DNA of 43,530 bases, taken from contig JBBTCT010000040.1 of assembly GCA_038060895.1 (NCBI GenBank), positions 1 to 43,530 on the forward strand, given 5' to 3'. Every line of letters begins with the position of its first letter. The first letter of the stretch is position 1. Below the pieces are notes generated by a model. That model made no database searches. It worked only from the letters and a program-made list of their open reading frames with translations, and was not told where the DNA came from. This stretch comes from Planctomycetota bacterium. Lineage in GTDB: Bacteria; Planctomycetota; MHYJ01; WSZJ01. Below are positions 23,805 through 31,985 of this stretch, one piece after another. Made by a program: the position numbers and the translations under genes.

Positions 23805-26800
23805 ATGCCCGGTGATTCCGCGCTGAGATTCGGACTGATGGCTCTTCAGATGAGATTCATTTCAAGGAAACAGTTCCTGGGCGCTGCGGAGGTGCTGCTC
23901 CGGGAACGGGAACAGGCAGGCGCCCCCGGTCAATCGGCGCGTTCACCCGCGGAGGTCCACCTTGCGCTGGGTTTCCTCGGGGCGGAGCAGGCAGACACCA
24001 TCACGGAAGCGCTTGAAGCCGACGCAAAGGGGCCGGCGGGAATCGATTCGGAACTCAAGCAGGCTCTTCTGGAACTCCGCCCGCAACCCGCAGAAGTTGC
24101 CTGGCTCCACCGCCTCGGCGAGCGCCAGGCCGCCTTCCGACTCGTGCCCCGCGACGAACGTTTCCAGATTCTCGGCGAGATTGCGCGCGGCGGACTCGGG
24201 CAGGTCCTGGAGGCGACGGACCGGCAGCTGCGTCGCGAAGTGGCCGTGAAGGTGGTCCTGGACGGAATGACGCCGGACGTCTCAGAGCGGTTTGTGCGCG
24301 AGGCGCAGATCACGGCGCGCCTGGACCACCCGAACATCGTCCCGGTCTATGACTTTGACGAGCTTCCTGCGGCCGATGCCGGGAGAAAGCTGGTCCTGCT
24401 CATGAAACGAATCCGCGGGCGGGACCTCGGGACGCTTCTCGGCGCTCTTCAGCGAGGCCAGGAAAGCGCGGCCCAGTGGACGCGGGCCCGCCTGCTGTCC
24501 GTTTTCCAGGGAATCTGCCTGGGAGTGGCGTACGCACATTCCAAAGGGGTGATTCACCGCGATCTCAAGCCGGCGAATGTGATGATCGGCGATTTCGGCG
24601 AGGTCCTGATCGTGGACTGGGGACTCGCCAAGGAGCAGGGTGAAGTTTCGGGCGAGGCGAAAGTGGAAGCGCCGCCTGCAGCGCAACATGGGCTTGCTGC
24701 CGACCTGACTTTCGCGGGCGACGTCGTCGGGACTCCCGCCTACATGTCCCCGGAACAGGCCGCGGGAAGAATCAGCGAAGTGGATTCGCGCAGCGACATT
24801 TACGCGCTCGGCGGGATTCTGTTCGCGATCCTTGCGCACCGATCTCCGTACGCGGGGAAGACCAAGGACGAGGTGATCCGAAGCGTCCTTTCGGGGCACG
24901 TGCCGTCGCCGTCGCGGGTCGTGGCCGCGGCGCACTCCTTCGAGGTCACGGCGCACGTCCGTTTGCCGGAACTCGTGCCGCCCGAGCTTGAATCCATCTG
25001 TCTCAAGGCGCTCGCCCCGCGCCGCGAAGACCGGTATGGGTCCGCGCGCGAACTGCACGACGAAATTCAGCTTTTCCTCGAGGGCGTCAAGGAGCGGGAG
25101 CGCAATCACAGGCTGGCGGAAGAAGCCGCTGCAAAGGCGAAGGCTGCGATGGAGCGGCAGAGGAGGCTGAAGGAAGAGGCGAGAGTCGCGGCCGAGGAAG
25201 CGAAGAAGGCGGAAAAGGGAGTGCATCCGTGGGACGCGGACAAGAGCCGGCTGTGGGCGGTGCAGGACCGCACGAAGGCCCTGGAACGGGAGGGGGTGGA
25301 AGCGTTCGCGGAGGCGAACGCGAAGCTGACCCAGGCGCTCGGGTACGAGAGTGACCACGCAGAAGCGCGGCGGCTGAAGGCAGAGCTCTTCTGGAGGAAG
25401 TACCTGGAGGCGGAAGAACACGGGGACGAGGCGGAGATGCTGCTCCATCGCAGCGTGGTGGAACAGCACAACGACGGGCCGCTGGACGCGCTTCTGAAGG
25501 GAGACGGCACGCTGACGGTTCGGACGCGGGAGTACCGCTGCCGATGCCTGGTGGAGGGCCGGATCGTGAAGCCCGGCGAGCCGGCCTGGATCGGCTATCA
25601 CCCGTTCTCTGGCCGGGCGCTCGACGGCCACCGGGGTGCGGAGGGGCTGCCGGAACTGGAGCCTGCGGAGCCCGTGCGGTTGAGGGTTCATGGACCGGGC
25701 TGCGCGCCTTCGGGCGTGGAGGGGGCAGGTGTCTGGTTGTTCCGCTACGAAGAGGCAGGCCGGCGGCTGATGCCCGTGACGCCCGACCTGGACGAAGCGA
25801 AGGCCGACAATCCGGCCGCGCCTCCACTGGACGGGCTGTTCGCGCCGGACTCGCCGTACCGTCCTCAGGGGCCAGGAGTGTGGCTGGGCCGGACACCGAT
25901 CGAAAAGCGTGCGCTGCCGATGGGCTCCTGGCTGCTTGTCGTGGAACGTGAGGGTCGCGTGCCCATGAGAGTGCCGGTCAGCATTCCGCGATGCGGGCAC
26001 GCGGAACAGGAGGTGACTCTCTTCCACCCGGACGAGCTTCCGGCGGGTTTCGTTCCGATCCCTGCGGGGCCGTTCGGCTTCCAGGGCGACCCGGAAAACC
26101 CGTTCGCCGGACCCGCGGAGACGAAAGTCATCGACGACATTTTCATCGCGCGCCATCCCGTGACCTGCCGCGAGTACTGCGAGTTCCTGAACGACCTGGC
26201 GAAGACGGACTCGAAGCAGGCGGCCCGGCGCGTCCCGCGGCAGGCAGAGGAGTCGGGTTTCTACTGGCCGGGCCCTCCGTTCGCCGTGCCCACCAGCGCC
26301 TGGCTCGCAGCAGCGCCGTCCGGGCTCCGCGCGAAAGCGAAGAAGCTTCATCACGGCCTGGTGGACTGGGAAGAAGACTGGCCTGTGTTCGGCATTTCGT
26401 GGGAGGACGGCATGGCCTACGCGGCATGGATGCGCGGGCGGGAAGCGCGCGCGACGATCCTGACGCACGAATTGGAGTGGGAAAAGGCCGCCCGAGGCAC
26501 GGATCGACGCGCGTTTCCCTGGGGACGCCACTGGGATGACCGCTGGGCAAACGGAAACAAGTCGAAACCAGGAGACCCGCGTCCCGTCTCCGTTCGCGCA
26601 TTCCCCGACGACGAGTCGCCCTACGGAGTCCGGGGACTGGGGGGGAACAGCCGCGATACCTGCCTGAACGATCCGGGTCCGGAGCACCCCGGGTGGCGAC
26701 TCTTCCGCGGCGGCTCCTGGTCGGACATGGGAATCCTGTGCCGAGCCGTCCACCGCACGGGCCACTCCACTCGCGGCGTGTTTTACTACGGCGGGTTCCG

Positions 26801-26837
26801 GCTGAGCTGCGTTGTCCGTTTTGCCCGGACTCCTTGA
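23805..26837 (+). CDS. Hanks-type Ser/Thr kinase with coiled coil and C-terminal FGE-sulfatase (SUMF1, C-type-lectin fold) domain
   Basis: IARGGLGQV, VAVK, HRDLKPAN, DWG, GTPAYMSPEQ; PVT..EY, EWEKAARG, FPWG, SPYGV, RGGSW...GFRL. Confidence 0.93.
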   Translation: MPGDSALRFGLMALQMRFISRKQFLGAAEVLLREREQAGAPGQSARSPAEVHLALGFLGAEQADTITEALEADAKGPAGIDSELKQALLELRPQPAEVAWLHRLGERQAAFRLVPRDERFQILGEIARGGLGQVLEATDRQLRREVAVKVVLDGMTPDVSERFVREAQITARLDHPNIVPVYDFDELPAADAGRKLVLLMKRIRGRDLGTLLGALQRGQESAAQWTRARLLSVFQGICLGVAYAHSKGVIHRDLKPANVMIGDFGEVLIVDWGLAKEQGEVSGEAKVEAPPAAQHGLAADLTFAGDVVGTPAYMSPEQAAGRISEVDSRSDIYALGGILFAILAHRSPYAGKTKDEVIRSVLSGHVPSPSRVVAAAHSFEVTAHVRLPELVPPELESICLKALAPRREDRYGSARELHDEIQLFLEGVKERERNHRLAEEAAAKAKAAMERQRRLKEEARVAAEEAKKAEKGVHPWDADKSRLWAVQDRTKALEREGVEAFAEANAKLTQALGYESDHAEARRLKAELFWRKYLEAEEHGDEAEMLLHRSVVEQHNDGPLDALLKGDGTLTVRTREYRCRCLVEGRIVKPGEPAWIGYHPFSGRALDGHRGAEGLPELEPAEPVRLRVHGPGCAPSGVEGAGVWLFRYEEAGRRLMPVTPDLDEAKADNPAAPPLDGLFAPDSPYRPQGPGVWLGRTPIEKRALPMGSWLLVVEREGRVPMRVPVSIPRCGHAEQEVTLFHPDELPAGFVPIPAGPFGFQGDPENPFAGPAETKVIDDIFIARHPVTCREYCEFLNDLAKTDSKQAARRVPRQAEESGFYWPGPPFAVPTSAWLAAAPSGLRAKAKKLHHGLVDWEEDWPVFGISWEDGMAYAAWMRGREARATILTHELEWEKAARGTDRRAFPWGRHWDDRWANGNKSKPGDPRPVSVRAFPDDESPYGVRGLGGNSRDTCLNDPGPEHPGWRLFRGGSWSDMGILCRAVHRTGHSTRGVFYYGGFRLSCVVRFARTP

Positions 26838-26861
26838 CACTCCCACCCTCGGCGCTACTCT
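26834..26861 (+). promoter_or_regulatory. Candidate sigma-70 promoter of the riboswitch-btuB unit
   Basis: TTGACA-16 nt-TACTCT, overlapping the kinase stop codon. Confidence 0.55.
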
Positions 26862-26867
26862 GCTCGC

Positions 26868-27035
26868 CGCACAGATCTAGGGAACGCGGTGTGAATCCGC
26901 GGCGGTCCCGCCGCTGTAACCGGGGACGAAACCCGAATGCCACTGCTCCAATGCTCGGCTGATGGCCGGAGAGCCGCGCGGGGTGGGAAGGCCGGGAAGT
27001 AGTGTGATCCGGGAGCCAGAAGACCTGTCTGTGCG
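26868..27035 (+). ncRNA. Cobalamin (B12) riboswitch
   Basis: AGGGAA-cgcGGTGtgAATCC, CCCGCCGCTGTAA, GCCACTG, GGGAAGG, B12 box GAGCCAGAAGACCTGTC; P1 cgcacaga/tctgtgcg; upstream of a TonB-dependent receptor. Confidence 0.93.
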
Positions 27036-27140
27036 ACATCGTCCTTGAGCCTGGACCCCAGAAGAGGTCCCGGGTCATGGGCGAGGCGTCGCTTCCGGAA
27101 AAGAGGCGCGCGCCGCTCGGAGAGTGAAAGACGGGCAAAC

Positions 27141-27183
27141 ATCTCCGTATCCCTTCGAAAGAGGGGATGCGGAGATTTTTTTT
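27141..27183 (+). terminator. Intrinsic terminator (riboswitch attenuator)
   Basis: atctccgtatcccttc-gaaa-gaggggatgcggagat followed by a T-tract, located between riboswitch and CDS. Confidence 0.85.
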
Positions 27184-27211
27184 ACTCCGGCCGTGAAGTG
27201 AGGAGACGTAG

Positions 27212-29245
27212 ATGCGCATCGTGATGGCGTGGCTGGTGATGGCGGCGGTGGGATGGGCGCAGGCGGCGGAGCCGGAGAAGAAGGAAGAGGTGAAGACGGA
27301 CGGCAAGGAGGACGTGAAGAAGGAGGAGGAGACGCCGAAGCCGCGGAAGGGCGAGGGCGTGGTGGTGACGGCGGAGAGGATGGAAGTCGAACAGCGACTC
27401 GCGCCCGAGACGTACACGATCGTCAAGGGGCGCGAGATCGAGGTCCGGCAGCAGGAGGACGTGCACGAAGCGCTCCGGTTTTCGCCGGGCGTCCACATCG
27501 CCGAGACCGCGGGCAAGGGCGGCCTCACCTCCCTGTTCATCCGCGGCGGCGAATCCGACCACGCGCTGGTCCTCGTTGACGGCGTCGAGGTGAACTCCGA
27601 CGGCGGCGGGATCGACATGGCCTTCCTCACGACCGACGGGATCGACACCGTGGAAATCGTCCGCGGCGCCGGGTCGTCCGTCTGGGGGGCCGACGCGATG
27701 AGCGGCGTCGTCCACGTGATCACCCGGCGTGGCGAAGGGCCGCCGCGGGCGCGCTTCTCGCAGGAGTGGGGCCGCTACGGCACCTGGCGCGAGAAGCTGA
27801 GCTTCGGGACGGGCAACGACGACTATGGATTCACGTTCGCGCTGTCGCGCTACGACCGCAGCAACGGCCGCTTCTCGCATAGTTCCTACGACAACACGAC
27901 AGCGGTCGGGCGGTTCGACTACGCGCTCGGCAAGTACACGAAGATCAAGGCAACGGTGCGATTCGCCAACGAGCAGGCCGACATGTTCGCGGTTGATCCC
28001 GGCCCGCGCTTCGCCTGGGAGGACCGCAACGGCCAGAAGCGCGCGACGCACTTCGTGCTCGGGCTGGAGCTGGTGCAGAGGATCATGGAAGGCTGGACGG
28101 TGACGCTTCGCGGCGGGCGCTTCGACCAGGATGTGCGCTTCGACAACCTCGGCTCGTTCGACTACGACAGCACGAGCAAGTTCGAGCGGTCGCGGCTGGG
28201 GGCGCAGACGGACGCGGCGGTCCTCGACCAGGAGAACCTGAAGCTGGTGCTGAGCGCCGGCGGGGAGTGGGCGCTGGAAGAGCTGGCGACGTCGGATTCG
28301 TTTTCCGCCGGGCTCGGGGTGAACGAGCGGCGGCGGTCGCGCGGCGGGTTCGGGCAGGCAAAGCTGGAGGCCTGGGACCGGTTGGGCGTGATCCTGTCGG
28401 GGCGCGTGGACCAGAGCACCGGCTACCGGACGGGATACACGGGGAAGTTCGGCGTGACGTACGACATCAAGGAGACCGGCACGCGGCCGCACGCGTCGAT
28501 CGCCAACGGCATCAAGACGCCGACGATGGTGGAAGTGTTCTCGACGAATCCGTTCTTCCTCGGGAACCGCGACCTGCGGCCCGAGATGTCCCGCACCTGG
28601 GACATCGGCATCGAGCAGCGCATCCTGGGCGACTTCCTGCTCGCGGACGTCACGTTCTTCGAGAACCGCATGCGCCGCCTCGTGCAGTTCACGGGCGGCA
28701 CGCCGGCGTTCGAGAACGCCGGCAACGCGCTCGCCCGCGGCATCGAGGTCGCCATCGCCGTGAAGCCAGTCGAGTGGCTGAGATTCGACGCGGGGTACAC
28801 GTACCAGCGCACGCGCGTCACGCATTCGAGCGTGACGAGCGTGACGTTCGAAGAGCGCCAGCCGCTGATCCGGCGACCGGATCACGCGGGGTTCGTGGGG
28901 GCGGCACTGCAGCTGAACTACGAGGACGGCATCCCCAAGGCCGAGCGCAAGGACCACCCGCGCGTCTCTGCTTCAATCCGCACCCGCTATGTCGGCCGCC
29001 GCGACGACGTGATCTTCTACGACTTCCCGGCGCCGGCCGACCGCGTAAAAAACCCCCGCTACCTCAAGCTCGACCTCGCCGCGGAGTGGTGGATCCTCGA
29101 CCGCAACCTCCGCGTCTTCGGCGGGATCAATAACCTCTTCAGCAGGGACTACGAAGACGTCATCGGCTACCCGAACGACCGCCTGACGTTCATCATCGGG
29201 GTGGAGGCGGCGTTTGAGCTGGGGCAGGTGTTTGGCGTGAAGTAA
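27212..29245 (+). CDS. btuB: TonB-dependent outer-membrane receptor, BtuB-like cobalamin transporter
   Basis: Signal peptide; TonB box VVVTA; plug IRGG..LVLVDGV..VEIVRGAGSSVWGADAMSGVVHVIT; GNRDLRPE; NNLF..Y; substrate inferred from the riboswitch. Confidence 0.85.
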   Translation: MRIVMAWLVMAAVGWAQAAEPEKKEEVKTDGKEDVKKEEETPKPRKGEGVVVTAERMEVEQRLAPETYTIVKGREIEVRQQEDVHEALRFSPGVHIAETAGKGGLTSLFIRGGESDHALVLVDGVEVNSDGGGIDMAFLTTDGIDTVEIVRGAGSSVWGADAMSGVVHVITRRGEGPPRARFSQEWGRYGTWREKLSFGTGNDDYGFTFALSRYDRSNGRFSHSSYDNTTAVGRFDYALGKYTKIKATVRFANEQADMFAVDPGPRFAWEDRNGQKRATHFVLGLELVQRIMEGWTVTLRGGRFDQDVRFDNLGSFDYDSTSKFERSRLGAQTDAAVLDQENLKLVLSAGGEWALEELATSDSFSAGLGVNERRRSRGGFGQAKLEAWDRLGVILSGRVDQSTGYRTGYTGKFGVTYDIKETGTRPHASIANGIKTPTMVEVFSTNPFFLGNRDLRPEMSRTWDIGIEQRILGDFLLADVTFFENRMRRLVQFTGGTPAFENAGNALARGIEVAIAVKPVEWLRFDAGYTYQRTRVTHSSVTSVTFEERQPLIRRPDHAGFVGAALQLNYEDGIPKAERKDHPRVSASIRTRYVGRRDDVIFYDFPAPADRVKNPRYLKLDLAAEWWILDRNLRVFGGINNLFSRDYEDVIGYPNDRLTFIIGVEAAFELGQVFGVK

Positions 29246-29260
29246 GAGATCGATTTCCAC

Positions 29261-29299
29261 GCGGCCGGCGGGGGGCATCCCTGCCGGCCGCTGTTTTTT
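29261..29299 (+). terminator. Intrinsic terminator of btuB
   Basis: gcggccggcgggg/ccctgccggccgc hairpin followed by tgtttttt. Confidence 0.8.
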
Positions 29300-29672
29300 C
29301 GATGAAGCGCTCTCCCTCCATCGCCTGACCCGGAACCGCAAGTTCGAGGGCATCGTCCTGGGCGACCGCGGCTACACGCACCGCGAGCTTGGAAACAGCG
29401 CTGCGGCGGAACCCTTGTTGCGCGAAGCCATCCAGATCCACGTCGCCGTCCGCAACCGCCGCTTCGAGGGCGTGCACCGCTGCGCGCACGCGCTGGCGCT
29501 TCTGTCGCTCGGGCGCGCGGCGGAAGCGGCGCCGCAGTGGAGCCGCGGGCTGGCGATCCTGAAGGAGATCGGGGATGCGGACAGCGTCGAGCGAATGACG
29601 GGGGAGATGCGCGTGACGTGCCGGGAAGCCGGGGTGCGGGACCTGGTCCCGCAAGCGCCGGAGTCCACTTAG
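29298..29672 (+). pseudogene. 3' remnant of a third TPR-family gene
   Basis: In-frame FDEALSLHRLTRNRKFEGIVLGD...RNRRFEGVHRC..LLSLGRAAEA..MRVTCREAGV matches the C-termini of the 1456 and 31087 proteins; no start codon or N-terminus. Confidence 0.8.
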
Positions 29673-31087
29673 TCCCGGAAGGGCGCGACACCAGCGGCGC
29701 GGCAGGCGACCTGCATGTAGTCCAGGGCGCTCTCCAGGTCCCTCAATTCCCCCGCCGCGCGCAGGATCTCTGCCCCCTCGTTCCACCGCGCGCGCGCCTC
29801 GTCGGCCCGGCCGAGCGCGAGCAGCGTCAGCGCACTGCTGCAGAGGTGATTGCCCTCGAAGCGCTTGTTGCCGAATTCCCGGTGGATCGCGATCGCCACT
29901 TCGTACCCGGACATCGCTTCGGCAAGCCGGCCCGATTCCTCATGAAGCCCCGCCAGGTTCCCGAGGGCGACGCCCTCGGTCCGCCGGTCGCCGAGTTCGC
30001 GGCTGATCCCGAGCGCCTGCCGCGCAAGCCGGAAGGCCGGCTCGAGCTGGCCCGCTTCGCGATGCAGGTTCGCCTGGCTGAGAAGCGCCATCCCTTCGGT
30101 CCGCCGCTGGCCGGTCTCGCGGATCAGCGCGATCGCCTGCTCGCGCGTGCGCTGCGCCAGCTCCGTGCGTCCCGTCTCCTGGAACAGGTTGGCAAGGTTC
30201 GAGAGGAGGGAGCCTTCGTGGCGCCGGTCCTTGAGCTCCCGCGCCAGCGCCAGCGCTTCCGCGAAGCCGCGCTCCGCGTCTTCGGCCCGGCCGATCCGCT
30301 TGTGGAAGCTCGCCCGGTTGCCGAGCACGGTGGATTCCGAAGACCGGTTGCCGCACTCCCGGTGAATCGCGAGCGCCTCGTCGAAAAGCGCCGCCGCCCG
30401 CGCCGCGTCCCCGCTCTCCTGCCAGAGCATCGCCACGTTCCCCAGGATCTTCCCCTCGCCGCGCCGGTCGCCCTTCGCCCGCAGCAGCGCCAGCGTCCGA
30501 TCGTAGTCCCGCTCTGCTTCCGCCGCCCGCCCCGAACGCTGGTGCATCCCCGCGAGATTCCCCAGCGCCACCGCTTCCAGCGCCGCATTTCCGCCGGCCC
30601 TGTGAAGCGCCACCGCCCGCTCGTACAGGAGCGCCGCCGCGCCCAGCCGCCCGATGTGCTGCGCCGCATTCGCCGCCCGGCAGAGCGCCGCCCCCCGCGA
30701 ATCCCCCTCGAGCAGCCCGGCCAGCTCTTCCCAGAGCCGCCCCGCCGTTTCCCCCCGGAAATTCCGGTCCGCCCACGCCGCCCCGCGCCGGAGATACAGC
30801 TTCTGCGCCGCCACGAGCCGCGCCGCGTCCTCGCCCGGCGCCGCAAGCGCAAGCCGCGCGTGCCCGGCCAGCTCCGCGGCGACGGCGTCGCACGGAAGTG
30901 GCCGACTGGCTTCATCCGGCGAGACCTCGAGCGGCGGCATCTCCTCCGGCCGCCCGCCGAAGGCGTCCTCGAGCACCGCCAGCGCCAGCGCGTGCAGGCG
31001 CGCGCGGCTGCTCGGGAGGTGCAGGTGATAGGCCGCGTCGCGGAGGAGGGCGTGGCGGAACAGGTACGCGGTTTCGGCGGAATTCAC
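29669..31087 (-). CDS. TPR protein, paralogue of 1456..3000
   Basis: MNSAETAYLFRHALLRDAAY N-terminus; about 7 GDRRxEGxxLGNLA repeats; same C-terminal cap. Confidence 0.87.
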   Translation of the reverse strand: MNSAETAYLFRHALLRDAAYHLHLPSSRARLHALALAVLEDAFGGRPEEMPPLEVSPDEASRPLPCDAVAAELAGHARLALAAPGEDAARLVAAQKLYLRRGAAWADRNFRGETAGRLWEELAGLLEGDSRGAALCRAANAAQHIGRLGAAALLYERAVALHRAGGNAALEAVALGNLAGMHQRSGRAAEAERDYDRTLALLRAKGDRRGEGKILGNVAMLWQESGDAARAAALFDEALAIHRECGNRSSESTVLGNRASFHKRIGRAEDAERGFAEALALARELKDRRHEGSLLSNLANLFQETGRTELAQRTREQAIALIRETGQRRTEGMALLSQANLHREAGQLEPAFRLARQALGISRELGDRRTEGVALGNLAGLHEESGRLAEAMSGYEVAIAIHREFGNKRFEGNHLCSSALTLLALGRADEARARWNEGAEILRAAGELRDLESALDYMQVACRAAGVAPFRD

Positions 31088-31128
31088 GCCCGGAATGATA
31101 CGAGTCCGAGCTCAGCTGCGACTCGATC

Positions 31129-31491
31129 CTACGACTGGCGGACATAGAGCTTGGACCCCTTGGTCCAGGCGGCTCGGGGAAGCGTGTCGAGCTCGAACTT
31201 CTCTTCCTCAAACACGCTCCGCGTGCACGGAACCACATCCACAGGCACATTCAGTCCGCGCAGCAGCCCCCAGGCCGCAACCGGATCCAGGAGCCCGGGG
31301 TCCACGCCGTCCGGCACCACGACCAGCAGATCCCAGTCGCTCCCCTCATGCGCCCGGCCTTCCGCGCGGCTCCCGAAGAGCCAAATTTCTTCCGGGCGCA
31401 TTTTCTCCACGAGCGCCTCCAGGACGGAACGAAGCGCGCACCTTGCCTGCTCCACGGTGCTGGGAGCGAGGATGGTCCTGAGGCCGCTCAT
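31129..31491 (-). CDS. Minimal nucleotidyltransferase (MNT antitoxin-type)
   Basis: IWLFGSRAEG..SDWDLLVV..VDVV; ATG overlaps the DUF4411 stop (ATGA). Confidence 0.88.
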   Translation of the reverse strand: MSGLRTILAPSTVEQARCALRSVLEALVEKMRPEEIWLFGSRAEGRAHEGSDWDLLVVVPDGVDPGLLDPVAAWGLLRGLNVPVDVVPCTRSVFEEEKFELDTLPRAAWTKGSKLYVRQS

Positions 31492-31985
31492 TGGATCTTC
31501 CCCAGGACGAACTTCGCCTTTTCGCGCCTCAGCATCTGAAACGGTGTCATGCACTTCACGCCGACACCCAGGCAAGCGTCAGGAATCTTGACCACTTTTC
31601 TTGCCAGAGGCTCCGGCCTTTCCATGGTGACGACCGTGTAGCCGCGCGCATGGGCGTGGGAGACCAGGTAATAGTCAGCGACCTGGAGAAAGGTGTTCAC
31701 CGCCGCCGGGTCGAATTTCTGGCCTGCGGCCCAGGCGCTGACGGCGCCAAAGGATGCTCGAAGCGCCGGGTCGGGCTTCAAGAACAGCTTTGCTCCCCGG
31801 TTCTTCGCCCACTCGGAGAGGTCATCGCCGCCGGATTCCAGTTCGTCGGCGACCTTTTCGATGCTGAACACTTTGCCGGCCGCGTTCTCGTGCACCAGCC
31901 AGTCCCAGAAGGCAGGGCAGAAGTCGAGCCCGTAGTGAAGCTTGGAGCCCTGGATGAACACGTTCGTATCGAGCAGATAGGGCAT
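31488..31985 (-). CDS. DUF4411-family PIN-like protein
   Basis: YLLDTNVFI..YGLDFCPAFWDWL..ADYYLV..VVTME..KIPDAC. Confidence 0.88.
   Translation of the reverse strand: MPYLLDTNVFIQGSKLHYGLDFCPAFWDWLVHENAAGKVFSIEKVADELESGGDDLSEWAKNRGAKLFLKPDPALRASFGAVSAWAAGQKFDPAAVNTFLQVADYYLVSHAHARGYTVVTMERPEPLARKVVKIPDACLGVGVKCMTPFQMLRREKAKFVLGKIQ

Noticed and set aside
26700-26815. DGR variable region at the end of the FGE-sulfatase domain
   Set aside because: The fold is a typical DGR target, but no template repeat or reverse transcriptase is seen in the window and several variable-position codons are not NNC/NNT. A remote DGR cannot be excluded without a genome search.
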